A stretch of DNA of 64,000 nt from a bacterium (GTDB taxonomy: Archaea; Micrarchaeota; Micrarchaeia; Micrarchaeales; CABMGC01): positions 352 through 64,351 of the forward strand of contig JAKBPE010000001.1 of NCBI GenBank assembly GCA_021829835.1, written 5' to 3'. Positions 28,591 through 38,405 of this stretch are shown piece by piece; the stretch's first letter is position 1; each line of letters begins with the position of its first letter. Made by a program: the position numbers and the translations under genes. Below the pieces are notes generated by a model. The model saw only the letters and a program-made list of their open reading frames with translations, made no database searches and was not told the DNA's origin.

Positions 28591-29987
28591 GATTGGTGGT
28601 TTATATGGCTTCAAGTTATAGAACTGAAAAAGATGTTCTTGGTAAGGTTAAGGTGCCTTCCGGGGCTTATTATGGCTCTGAGACAGCCAGAGCAGTAGAT
28701 AATTTTAGAGTCTCTGGGATGCGCCTGCAGGAAGAATTTATCGTGACATATGTAATGCTGAAAAGATGCGCAGCTGTTGCAAATTTCAATGCAATGAAGT
28801 TGGACAAGAAGAGAAAGGATGCGATAGTGAAGGCTTGCGATTTTATACTGAAAGGAAATATGATGGACCAGTTTGTTGTTGACGTCTTTCAGGCAGGAGG
28901 GGGAACTAGCACAAATATGAACGTCAATGAAGTGATAGCAAACAAGGCCATAGAGATTCTCGGAGGCAGGAAAGGAGAGTATGCCATAGTCCACCCCAAT
29001 GACCATGTGAACATGTCCCAATCTTCAAACGATACATTCCCTACAGCGATGAATATTGCCTCTTATCTTGCACTGGATTCCCTTATAAAGAGCATGAAAG
29101 AGCTTGAGAAAACCCTTGACTCCAAGCGCTCGGAATTTATGAAAATAATAAAACCGGGCAGGACTCATCTTCAGGATGCGGTACCTATACGCATGGGCGA
29201 GGAATTTAAAGGATATCTGGGGGAGGTCAGTAATGCAATAAAGGCGCTTGAGCTCTCTCGCATGCTCCTCCTCAGCTTGCCCATAGGAGGAACAGCAGTG
29301 GGCACCGGACTGAATGCAGGAAAGAAATATAAGGAGAATATGATAGCCGAGATACGGAGAACGTTCAAGGCAGATTTCAGGCTCTCCTCGAATATATTTA
29401 CAGGAATGCAGAGCAGGATAGATGAACTAAGCCTTAGCGATTCGCTGGTTGAGGCTGCTGTTGCCATTGGCAAGATATCAAACGACATAAGGTTTCTTTC
29501 ATCAGGCCCTAATTCAGGCATAGCTGAGATCCTGCTTCCTGCCGTGCAGCCTGGCTCCTCCATAATGCCGGGCAAGATAAACCCAAGCATACCTGAGATG
29601 ATGAATATGGTATGCTTCCAGGTAATAGGAAACGGAACTGTAGTGAGAGAGGCTGTTAGCGCAGGACAGCTCGAGATAAATGTCTTTGAGCCGGTCATGA
29701 TATTTAACATATTATTTTCTATAAAGATACTAGCCAATGGAACTGGGATATTTGCAAGGAAGGCTATAGCAGGCATGAAAGCAGACAGAGAGAAGATATC
29801 GACATATCTGAAGATGGATCCCTCAATAGCAACTGCGCTCTCTCCGTATATAGGCTATAGCAAAGCCGCTATGATAGCGAGGAAGGCATTCAAAGAGAAA
29901 AGAAGAGTCATCGATGTCTGCCTTGAACTTGGAGTGCTTGACAGGAAGACTCTTGAAAGGATACTAGACCCGTCAAGACAGGTATAA
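28587..29987 (+). CDS. fumC: Class II fumarate hydratase (fumarase/aspartase superfamily)
   Basis: It has the signature GSSIMPGKINP and VHPNDHVNMSQSSNDTFPTAM, which is closer to FumC than to aspartase. It is adjacent to sdhAB. Confidence 0.8.
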   Translation: MRLVVYMASSYRTEKDVLGKVKVPSGAYYGSETARAVDNFRVSGMRLQEEFIVTYVMLKRCAAVANFNAMKLDKKRKDAIVKACDFILKGNMMDQFVVDVFQAGGGTSTNMNVNEVIANKAIEILGGRKGEYAIVHPNDHVNMSQSSNDTFPTAMNIASYLALDSLIKSMKELEKTLDSKRSEFMKIIKPGRTHLQDAVPIRMGEEFKGYLGEVSNAIKALELSRMLLLSLPIGGTAVGTGLNAGKKYKENMIAEIRRTFKADFRLSSNIFTGMQSRIDELSLSDSLVEAAVAIGKISNDIRFLSSGPNSGIAEILLPAVQPGSSIMPGKINPSIPEMMNMVCFQVIGNGTVVREAVSAGQLEINVFEPVMIFNILFSIKILANGTGIFARKAIAGMKADREKISTYLKMDPSIATALSPYIGYSKAAMIARKAFKEKRRVIDVCLELGVLDRKTLERILDPSRQV

Positions 29988-30123
29988 TTTAGGATAGGAC
30001 TTATGTGGTGCGTTGCCTTCAATGGATTTGTATTATTTCCCTTCATTTCCGAAACGACTAGATATATTTATAAAAATTAAGATGTATGATAATATATGAT
30101 AAATATAAGGAATAAGTGAAACT

Positions 30124-30867
30124 ATGGATCTTTTAGTATTATGCGGAGGCTATGCCACACGCCTTGAACCTATAACCCTCTTCATACCGAAACCGTTACT
30201 GCCGATAGGAGGAAGACCTATAATTGACAATATAATTGACGGTGTAAAAGACTGCCAGCACATAAACAGGATAATAATATCTACCAACAAGAAGTTTGAA
30301 TCCCAGTTCAGGTACTGGATGGAAAATAAGAAAGCGTCTGGCTTCCAGAAGGAATTCGAGTTGATTGTGGAGCCAACAACCGAGCATAAAGGCAAACTAG
30401 GAGCCATAAAGGGCATTGAGTATGCAATTGAGAAAGCCGGGATAAAAGATGACATGATGATAGTTGCAGGAGATAATTTCTATAGCTGGAGTCTCTCAGG
30501 AGCGATTAAGGAGTTTCTTGATTCTGAGAGGAAGGTCACAATATGCGTACACGATGTAAAAGTTCCAGAAGAAGCAAGGAAGTTTGGGATAGTTCAGCTT
30601 GATGGCCGTAGGGTAGTCAAGTTTGATGAAAAGCCCGAGAAACCTTCCTCGACAATGGCAAGTACCGGAGTCTATCTCTATCCTAAAGAAATAGTTTCAA
30701 GATTTAAGGAATATCTTTCGGATGGAAATAATCCTGATGCGCCCGGATACTTTTTGAGTTGGCTTATAAACAAGACAGAGATAGAAGCAGTAATAAACGA
30801 GGGAGAATGGTTTGATATAGGAACATTGGATACATACCAAAAAGTTTATACCCAATTCAATAAATAG
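30124..30867 (+). CDS. Sugar-phosphate nucleotidyltransferase (NTP_transferase family)
   Basis: The N-terminal motif is LCGGYATRLEPITLFIPKPLLPIGGRPII. Confidence 0.75.
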   Translation: MDLLVLCGGYATRLEPITLFIPKPLLPIGGRPIIDNIIDGVKDCQHINRIIISTNKKFESQFRYWMENKKASGFQKEFELIVEPTTEHKGKLGAIKGIEYAIEKAGIKDDMMIVAGDNFYSWSLSGAIKEFLDSERKVTICVHDVKVPEEARKFGIVQLDGRRVVKFDEKPEKPSSTMASTGVYLYPKEIVSRFKEYLSDGNNPDAPGYFLSWLINKTEIEAVINEGEWFDIGTLDTYQKVYTQFNK

Positions 30868-30934
30868 TTCTGGATCCAATATCTAAGAGAGGGAGACGAA
30901 GAAGCTGAAGTTCTTATTGCTTACGGCTATACAA

Positions 30935-32044
30935 TCATATGCTGGAATTTGCATATTGAATGGCATCCACAGTGGTTTGGGGAAGCGAGAGGTATCTGCA
31001 GTCTGTAACAACTATAGGCGAGGATATTACATTATAGTATTTTGCAAGTACAGCCTGCCTGTTTACATACGTGCCAGCTGAATTCAGGCAATTGTTGATC
31101 TTACTTGTGTTCAATCCTGCATTTGAAGCATAAGCTGATAACTGCGCCTGTGAGATGTAGCTTCCCGAATATGAGTTTTCAAGGCTCTTTGTGAATGATA
31201 CGAATGGCTGGCCTCCCTGTTCAGAAGAGCAGAAGAGATAATCGCCGAGCTGCATTGTCTTGTTTAAGCCATATACATTGGCTATGCCTTGTGAATACTG
31301 CGTAAATAATATCTCGAGGGATATCTTTATCTTTGAGCCGTATTCGGCTTGCAGTGAAGTCATGTTTGCAAGGCTACTTATGCCTCCAGGACTATAAGGG
31401 TCAACAAACCAGTAAACTTGAAGCGGCGAGGCTGTACCACAAGCCACCTTTCCAGAAAGTGCCACAACTCCTTTTGATACTACGAGATTTCCTGAAGCTT
31501 GATAGACAGGTGCTGCCGGAGCTATAGTCTGTATCATAGGGATTATCTCCGATACGTTGCTGTCATTTATCATCATAGAGAAATGGAGAAGCTCTCCTCC
31601 GGAAGGGTTTTCTATTGGAAATGAGACATACCAGTAATGATTTGAAGGGTTGTAGCTGAAGTTCATAAGATTTACTTCTGAGATGTATGGAAGCAGAGAG
31701 AGAGATGTATTTATAGTACTGTATCCTGCCAGGAATTCTTCAGCATATGATTTTATCTGGCTCTCATTGTGCAGCGGAAGTATGCATCTACCGTTTGCTA
31801 TGCCATATTCACATGTTAGAAAGCTTGTTGTATTTGTGGAAACATTTGAAGTGGAGATATTTACCAGAGGTTGTTTGTAGAAAGATATGACAAGCAGTAC
31901 TGCTATCAGTATTACAACTAAGGATATCAATGCGAGATGTATGCTGTCAAGGCCTCCAGTCTTGCCCAGGGGCTTTACTATGACGCTTGGCGCCTTAATC
32001 TGATTTTCCTTTTTTGCAGGCATATTTATACCATTATTATGCAA
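30935..32044 (-). CDS. Membrane-anchored extracytoplasmic protein, possibly with a degenerate DsbA/thioredoxin-like C-terminal domain
   Basis: An N-terminal TM helix is present (LALISLVVILIAVLLVISF). VYWFVDPYSPGG occupies the position of a DsbA F.D..CP.C motif but has no Cys pair. The C-terminal pattern NCLNS...V..QA..A...NVISSPIVV is DsbA-like. This is low-certainty motif recognition. Confidence 0.4.
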   Translation of the reverse strand: MHNNGINMPAKKENQIKAPSVIVKPLGKTGGLDSIHLALISLVVILIAVLLVISFYKQPLVNISTSNVSTNTTSFLTCEYGIANGRCILPLHNESQIKSYAEEFLAGYSTINTSLSLLPYISEVNLMNFSYNPSNHYWYVSFPIENPSGGELLHFSMMINDSNVSEIIPMIQTIAPAAPVYQASGNLVVSKGVVALSGKVACGTASPLQVYWFVDPYSPGGISSLANMTSLQAEYGSKIKISLEILFTQYSQGIANVYGLNKTMQLGDYLFCSSEQGGQPFVSFTKSLENSYSGSYISQAQLSAYASNAGLNTSKINNCLNSAGTYVNRQAVLAKYYNVISSPIVVTDCRYLSLPQTTVDAIQYANSSI

Positions 32045-32072
32045 TTGTTTATAATTCCAGAGGATGATATAA

Positions 32073-32179
32073 CGGGCCCGGCGGGAATTTCATGGCACTG
32101 CAGTCTTCCGCATTGCCTTTTGAACCCGCGGCCTTTTCCTTAGGACGGAACCGATCTATCCAAGCTGAGCTACGGGCCC
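32073..32179 (-). tRNA. tRNA-Arg(CCU) with a putative non-canonical intron of about 32 nt in the T-loop (between positions 58-60)
   Basis: The reverse complement is GGGCCCG-TA-GCTC-AGCTTGGATA-GATC-G-GTTCC-GTCCTAA-GGAAA-AGGCC-GCGGG-TTCAAA[AGGCAATGCGGAAGACTGCAGTGCCATGAAAT]T-CCCGC-CGGGCCC-G. The acceptor and T stems are perfect only if the bracketed insert is removed. The D stem and the 27-43 pair each have one mismatch. Confidence 0.65.
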
Positions 32180-32186
32180 ATTATCA

Positions 32187-34103
32187 TTACATCCTTTCTG
32201 TTGTGTCAATATTTATTAAACAAAGCATATTAAATAATGCTTGTTTTACCGCCATAACTATCCCTGTCCTTAAGGTTCTGTATTCCTCACCGGAAAGCAC
32301 GGGCATTTTTTCATAGAAATTTGAAAATATCAGTGATAGCTCCATAACATATGTAGCTATTATGCTTGGCTTGTATTCCCTGCAGGCTTTCTCTATGGTT
32401 TCCTGCATTGCGCCTATCTGCTTTATTATCATGAAATCTTCGCCCCTTGTTATCTTTTTGAAATCGGCATCTGCAAGCCGAATGCCTTCCTTGCCTACGC
32501 CTGCCCTTTCGAGTATCCTTGAAGCCCTGGCGTACATATACATGCAGTATGGTCCGCTGTTGGAGTTTAAGTCGAGTGCCTTGTCCCATTCGAAGAGAAC
32601 CTTCTTTTCTGGATCTGTTTTCAGAAACTCAAATTTTATAGCAGCTAATGCCACTTTGCGCGATACCTCTTTTATGTCTATATCAGATCTTGGCTTCTCA
32701 GCATTTGATACTATGTCTGATGTCATTTTTTCCATCTCCTCAAGAAGCGAGTCTGCAGTATAGCTCTTGGTTGTGCCAATCCATCCTCCTTTTCTTCCGC
32801 TTAATGTTCCGCCTTTGACGCTTACTTCTCCATACGATAAATGCAGTATGCGCTGCTCTCCTGTTATTTCTTCAAATATTCTTTTTAGGAGGTTTTGGGG
32901 ATGCTGCTGTGCAGCTCCTATTATATTTATTGCAAGGTCTGCTTTTCCGAAACCCATCGCCTTCCCATTTTCTGAAGAGGTGTATGCCTTCTTTCCATTA
33001 GGCTGAATAATGAATTCGGAAAAATTGAATTGGCAGTCTATGATCCCAAGTTTCCACATATGAAATGCGAGGTCTTTTGCCAGATATGTGGCTACCCCAT
33101 TGCTTCGTATCAATACCTTCCTGTTTTCTTCGTCATCAGTTTCCGCATCGGTCGCCTGGCCGGGTTCTTTGTTAGCTATGACAACACAGCCTGCGTACTT
33201 TCCTTCAGTGCATTTTTGGGTTATCTTCTTTTCGGCGAGAAAATCAATGGCATGCTTTAGCAGCTTCTCCCTGACTATATCGCTCTCCCATACCAAGACA
33301 TCGTGGTATATGCCGTATGAGAATGCGGTATCGTACTGCGCCCTTACGCTTTTTTCGGAGATCTTCCTTATCTCAACGGATTCCTTGCTGGACGTATCCT
33401 CCATTTTTTTAAGTATTGCGTTGACTTCTTTTTCTGCATGCCTCTCTGTTATCTCCTTGTTTATCTCAACATATGCCTCTCCCAGAAGCGTGTCGTATTT
33501 TTTGGTATCTTCATGCAGGAACTTCTCTCTGCCCCATAGGATCTCAGCCATCTGCAAGCCAAGGTCGTCTATGTAATCTTCCCGCTCCACAATGTATGAA
33601 TTTGCCTCAAATATCCTGGATATTGAATCGCCGAGGAGAGCATTGCGGAGATGGCCTATATGCCACGGCTTGTTAGGGTTTACACTTGGAAATTCTATTA
33701 TGACCTTCCTGGCTGAGCCAATGCTTGAAATTCCGTATTTTTCTTTTTCTGAAAATATCGCTTCAAGAACATGTTTTGAGTATTCCGCTTCGTCCAGCCA
33801 TAGGTTTATGTATCCGTTTTCATTTTTTATCCTGCTTGTAAAATCTTCTTTCCCCAGATACGTTTCGAGCTTTGATGCCATCTCATGTGCGATCTCCATA
33901 GGCGATTTTTTTGCGAGCCTTGCCAGAGCAAAGCATATTGATGAGCTTAGGTCTCCCTGTTCAGGTCTTGGTGTTGATATCGAGTTGTGTATCTCTCTGG
34001 AAAAGACATTGAAATCTGGAATGACCTCGCTGAAGGACTTCCTTATTTCCGAAGCCAAAGCTTCTTCAAATACTCTTTTTATTTTAATTGAATTCAGATT
34101 CAA
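32187..34103 (-). CDS. argS: Arginine--tRNA ligase
   Basis: It has the HIGH-region NPNKPWHIGHLRNALLGD and a class I fold, is 638 aa, and has a DALR-like C-terminal anticodon-binding region. Confidence 0.92.
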   Translation of the reverse strand: MNLNSIKIKRVFEEALASEIRKSFSEVIPDFNVFSREIHNSISTPRPEQGDLSSSICFALARLAKKSPMEIAHEMASKLETYLGKEDFTSRIKNENGYINLWLDEAEYSKHVLEAIFSEKEKYGISSIGSARKVIIEFPSVNPNKPWHIGHLRNALLGDSISRIFEANSYIVEREDYIDDLGLQMAEILWGREKFLHEDTKKYDTLLGEAYVEINKEITERHAEKEVNAILKKMEDTSSKESVEIRKISEKSVRAQYDTAFSYGIYHDVLVWESDIVREKLLKHAIDFLAEKKITQKCTEGKYAGCVVIANKEPGQATDAETDDEENRKVLIRSNGVATYLAKDLAFHMWKLGIIDCQFNFSEFIIQPNGKKAYTSSENGKAMGFGKADLAINIIGAAQQHPQNLLKRIFEEITGEQRILHLSYGEVSVKGGTLSGRKGGWIGTTKSYTADSLLEEMEKMTSDIVSNAEKPRSDIDIKEVSRKVALAAIKFEFLKTDPEKKVLFEWDKALDLNSNSGPYCMYMYARASRILERAGVGKEGIRLADADFKKITRGEDFMIIKQIGAMQETIEKACREYKPSIIATYVMELSLIFSNFYEKMPVLSGEEYRTLRTGIVMAVKQALFNMLCLINIDTTERM

Positions 34104-34107
34104 AATA

Positions 34108-35340
34108 TCACAGCATTTTCATGAGTGTGGATTCAAGTTTTTTGGCTGAACCTTCACCGATATATATTCTTGCGTCGTAGACTGTCTTTCCTATCAGCAG
34201 GTCCAATATCAGCGAGTTTCCCTCTTTTAGAGGCAGTACTGCGCCTTTTCTGCGTATGTAGATCATGGATGTGTCTTCCATGAATTTGAGATCGTTCATT
34301 ACATTGGGAAATATCATCTCCGGGTCTATGCCTGATTCTCTAGCAAGCTCTGATTTGAGTGAGCTGTCATAGGCTATCTTGTTTATAAGAGATATTTCTT
34401 TTGGGATTTTGCCGTCAGGCAGAAAGTTAGTTGAGGAATAGGCCAATTTTAAAGGAATCCTTCCTAGAAACATCATTACCATATGCTTACGTTTTTGGTC
34501 TGATCCTTTAGAGAGGTAGTTATACATGGCTGCGATGACTGTATCGTCAGTATAGCCGATTATCTCATCCTCTGTTGAGAGAGAATTGGGATCGGCTATA
34601 AACCCCTCTTCTACAAGAAAGCCGAATATTCTCTGAAGAAGTATATCGAAGCCTGCGGTGGTCTTGTGGTATACCAGAGCTTTGTAGAGATGATATCTTC
34701 CAAGTATGAAATGCTCCACCGGAGATTCATCCTTCTCGAATACTATGCGGTCTTTTTCAAACCTCATTATGCGCAGAAGGCTCATTATGCCTACATTCCC
34801 GTAAGGAACTCCCGTATTGTATGAATCCCTAAGCATGTAATCGGATTTGTCTGCGTCTAAAGCAGATGAGAGAAGCATGCCGAACTCTTTTTTTCCTTGT
34901 CCGGATATTATGCGCGTTATCTCTTCTGCACGATAATTTTCCAGCTTTTCTGCAATAATCTTCTTTATAATCTCTGCACCGAATTCTTCATGGGATATTC
35001 CGTCTAGCCTTTCCTTGACATATTTTTCTATTGTGTGTGAGAATGGATAATGCCCGATGTCATGAAGAAGAGCAGCAAGCCTGAGCTTTTGGGTATCTTC
35101 TTCGGATACCTCGCCTTCAACTGCATTCTTGAGAAATATATCCATCATGAACATAGTTCCGAGGCTGTGTGCAAAGCGGGTATGCATCGCTCCAGGGTAG
35201 ACAGTATACACAGTGCCTAATTGCTTTATCTGCCTGAGCCTCTGGAAGATTGGGGTGTCTATTATCCTGAGTTCAGTATCAGTCAGACCTATGTAACCGT
35301 GAACGTTGTCGTATACCTGCTTTTTTATTCTTAATCCCAT
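34108..35340 (-). CDS. HD-domain metal-dependent phosphohydrolase (dNTP triphosphohydrolase-like)
   Basis: HD motifs are RFAHSLGTMF and LLHDIGHYPFSH, plus DADKSDYMLRDSYNTG. Confidence 0.8.
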   Translation of the reverse strand: MGLRIKKQVYDNVHGYIGLTDTELRIIDTPIFQRLRQIKQLGTVYTVYPGAMHTRFAHSLGTMFMMDIFLKNAVEGEVSEEDTQKLRLAALLHDIGHYPFSHTIEKYVKERLDGISHEEFGAEIIKKIIAEKLENYRAEEITRIISGQGKKEFGMLLSSALDADKSDYMLRDSYNTGVPYGNVGIMSLLRIMRFEKDRIVFEKDESPVEHFILGRYHLYKALVYHKTTAGFDILLQRIFGFLVEEGFIADPNSLSTEDEIIGYTDDTVIAAMYNYLSKGSDQKRKHMVMMFLGRIPLKLAYSSTNFLPDGKIPKEISLINKIAYDSSLKSELARESGIDPEMIFPNVMNDLKFMEDTSMIYIRRKGAVLPLKEGNSLILDLLIGKTVYDARIYIGEGSAKKLESTLMKML

Positions 35341-35387
35341 AATTAAAGATAGGTATTGATGTTTATATAATTATAAGGGTTGTCTGA

Positions 35388-36617
35388 ATGTTGGATGAGA
35401 ATTTTAGGATTTTGGATGAAAGGATAACAGGTTATAGAGAAGATATGATAGCCTTGATATCTAAGATGATCGAGATAAAAGCAATATCCCCAATATCTGG
35501 AGGCATGGGGGAATCGGAACGTGCTTCAATGCTGGAAGACACGCTTAAACAATGGGGTTTTAGACCGGAGAGATACGACTATTCTGATGAGACAGGAAGC
35601 AGAAGGTCTAACCTTGTAGTGAAAATTGGCTCTGAGGAGAGAACTCTCTGGATAGTTGCACATATCGATACGGTGAGCGAGGGCAATCTTTCTTTGTGGA
35701 AGAGCGACCCTTTCAAGGCAAAAATTGAGGGAGATAGAATTTATGGAAGGGGAACACAGGATAATGGACAGGGAGTTATATCAGGAATGTTTGCATTGAA
35801 GGCTTTGAAGGATACTGGAACAAAACTTAGATTCAATATGGGGCTTGCTCTTGTTGCTGATGAAGAGCTTGGAAGCAGGTATGGAATACAGAAACTTATA
35901 GAAGAAGGCATTTTCAGAAAAGATGATCTGGTCCTTGTGCCTGACTGGGGCAGTGCTAAAGGAGACAAGATAGAGATAGCGGAAAAGGGCATGCTCTGGC
36001 TTAAGATAAGCGTGCTTGGAAAGCAGACTCATGCAAGCACTCCTGAAAAAGGAGTCAATGCCTACATGCAGTCCATAAGATTCCTTAATAGAGTAGATAA
36101 GATGCTTCATGAAAAATATAATGCGTCTAATGCTATATTCGATCCTCCGGTATCTACTTTTGAGATGACAAAGCATGAGAAAAATATAGATAGCATAAAC
36201 ATAATACCTAGCCTTGAGGTCTCTTATCTTGACTGCAGAATTCTTCCAGAGTATGACATAAGCCTGGTCATAAGAGACATAAGGGAGGTAGCGGCAATGG
36301 GAGAATTCAGTGATGTCGAGATAAAAATAGAAGAGTTTAACAGGGAAGATGCAACTCCGCAGACAGAGGAAGGCTCTGAAGTGGTCCAGATATTAAAATA
36401 TGCATTGAAGAGACTCAGAGGCCTTGATTCTGAAGTAGTCGGGATAGGGGGAGGCACGTGTGCAGCCTTCTTCAGGAAGAAGGGCATACAGACAGCAGTC
36501 TGGTCTACAGGAGAATCTGTTGCCCATGAGCCTAACGAGTATGTAGAGCTCTCCAATATAGAAGATGATTCCAAGGTTTTTGCTTACATAGCAGCAGCTA
36601 AGGATGTTCCTTCATGA
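35388..36617 (+). CDS. M20 family metallopeptidase / deacylase (ArgE/DapE-like)
   Basis: Metal-ligand contexts are AHIDTV, GTQDNGQG and ADEELGS. The product is 409 aa. Confidence 0.75.
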   Translation: MLDENFRILDERITGYREDMIALISKMIEIKAISPISGGMGESERASMLEDTLKQWGFRPERYDYSDETGSRRSNLVVKIGSEERTLWIVAHIDTVSEGNLSLWKSDPFKAKIEGDRIYGRGTQDNGQGVISGMFALKALKDTGTKLRFNMGLALVADEELGSRYGIQKLIEEGIFRKDDLVLVPDWGSAKGDKIEIAEKGMLWLKISVLGKQTHASTPEKGVNAYMQSIRFLNRVDKMLHEKYNASNAIFDPPVSTFEMTKHEKNIDSINIIPSLEVSYLDCRILPEYDISLVIRDIREVAAMGEFSDVEIKIEEFNREDATPQTEEGSEVVQILKYALKRLRGLDSEVVGIGGGTCAAFFRKKGIQTAVWSTGESVAHEPNEYVELSNIEDDSKVFAYIAAAKDVPS

Positions 36618-37338
36618 ATTCCAGTATTATTTCAGACACATCGTCAGGATTGCTATAGTGTGGAGTATGCCTTGCGTTCTTTATTATCTCAAGCCTGCTG
36701 TTAGGAAGCAGTTCTGAAAAAAGCAACGCATATCTTATGCTTATTATCTTGTCCTCTCCACCCCAGATTATCAGTGAAGGAATCTTTATCTCGCCTAATG
36801 TCTTCTCGTCTAGCTCGCCTTCGCGGAACTGGTCATTAAGTATGTTCTCCATTACATGTTTTTTTGCATCAAGCTCAAGAACCCTTTCCAGCATTTTCTT
36901 CTTGTAATCTTCACGGTTCTTGTCGCCTTTTATTTCTTCGTAAAAAACTTTCAGGCCTCCGGAGTCTTCAAGAATAAGCCCTTTCACGGGGTTCTTCCTT
37001 GCAAATTCGGCGCAGACCCAGCCGCCGTAGGAATGCCCCATAAGGTATGGAAACTTTATCTTTTCAGCATTGAATACCTCTTTCAGTATTTCAGTCTGAA
37101 TGCCTACTTTGTAATCGATTTCGGGAGAATCTGAGCTTCCGTGGCCCAGAAGATCAATCATGCAGATATCGAGGCTTTCCGGAAATTTTCCCACAAGGCG
37201 TTTCCACGTCAGTGTGCTGGAAGCCATCCCGTGAATCAGCACAAGGCTCTTTCCAGTGTTTGATTTATGCCTTCTGTAATGGATTCTGCCGTGCTTTGTC
37301 TCAATGAAAGAGTCTTTGAAGGAGTTTTCGTAATCCAT
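36598..37338 (-). CDS. Alpha/beta hydrolase
   Basis: It has the nucleophile elbow GHSYGG and HGMASS near the oxyanion region. The C-terminal His context is ARHTPH. Confidence 0.75.
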   Translation of the reverse strand: MDYENSFKDSFIETKHGRIHYRRHKSNTGKSLVLIHGMASSTLTWKRLVGKFPESLDICMIDLLGHGSSDSPEIDYKVGIQTEILKEVFNAEKIKFPYLMGHSYGGWVCAEFARKNPVKGLILEDSGGLKVFYEEIKGDKNREDYKKKMLERVLELDAKKHVMENILNDQFREGELDEKTLGEIKIPSLIIWGGEDKIISIRYALLFSELLPNSRLEIIKNARHTPHYSNPDDVSEIILEFMKEHP

Positions 37339-37357
37339 ATGCAGACCAGAATCATAA

Positions 37358-38212
37358 CTACTGTTTTGAAAATAAAGACCTTGCTATCAATATTGAATTC
37401 CTAAGTTCTTTCAGTCTTCTGTAGCCATAGGCTACCCATTCTTTCCCGAATGGAAGATAGAGATAGACATCGTGGTTTTTTGCAAGCTCGTATGCATACC
37501 CATTCATTATTCCGTTGAGCATTCCGAATGAGATTTCGGCTTCTGATTTTTTAGACATTTTTATTGCTTTTTCTATAAGGCCTTTGTCATGGGTGGCAAC
37601 CATGAACCTTTCTGAATTTTTGAAAAGCAGGCTCATTATTGAGGCAAAATTGGCAGTTGCTTCAGCCCTCGTAGGAAAAGCAGAGCTTGAATCTTCTTTG
37701 TAGGCGCCTTTTACAAGCCGTATGATAGAGCCTTCTTCAAGCAGAGATTTTACATCGTGCAGGCTTCTCCTGAGATATGACTGTATGCATATGCCAGTAT
37801 TTCCGTTCCTTGCCCCGCTCAGGTAGAGAGCTATGCTCCTTTCAGTGTATATGCTCTCTTCCATATCCATCCAGACAAACACATTCTTTTTCCTTGCATG
37901 ACTGACTATCTTGGAGTAATTGACACTGGCAGTCTTCCAATCAATGGACAGTCCTATTTGAGTCGGTTTTACTGCTATGGATGCTTTCAACTTTTTTTTA
38001 TTTATAGCAGAAATGAGTTCCATGTATTTTTCTAGGGCTTCGTTGGACTTCTTTTTGTCAGTTATGCTTTCTCCCAGATAATTGATTATAGAGCCTGTAT
38101 TCCTGAGATTCATTCTTTCGGTTATTTCCAATGCGTCCTCTATCTTCTCTCCTGCTATCCATCTTCCTGCAAGGGCCTTTTCTAAGATTCCGCTTATACC
38201 CGTTATAGACAC
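37358..38212 (-). CDS. Proline dehydrogenase family protein
   Basis: The 284-aa TIM-barrel PutA-like sequence includes VWMDMEES, RLVKGAY and LPFGKEWVAYGYRRL. Confidence 0.7.
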   Translation of the reverse strand: MSITGISGILEKALAGRWIAGEKIEDALEITERMNLRNTGSIINYLGESITDKKKSNEALEKYMELISAINKKKLKASIAVKPTQIGLSIDWKTASVNYSKIVSHARKKNVFVWMDMEESIYTERSIALYLSGARNGNTGICIQSYLRRSLHDVKSLLEEGSIIRLVKGAYKEDSSSAFPTRAEATANFASIMSLLFKNSERFMVATHDKGLIEKAIKMSKKSEAEISFGMLNGIMNGYAYELAKNHDVYLYLPFGKEWVAYGYRRLKELRNSILIARSLFSKQ

Positions 38213-38405
38213 CAGTTGCGTATTTTATTTGGTCTCTGTTTTAGACAGATCAGTATTTACTTGGAATAGATAGACTTAATAAGTTATTAACCAAATAGTA
38301 ATTAACATCGTACTCAATTAAATTTGGAGTATGCCTTTATTTACATAGCATATGTAACTAGAAGACAGATAAAAGCTTAATTTTACCATGCAGAGGGGTA
38401 TCTGA

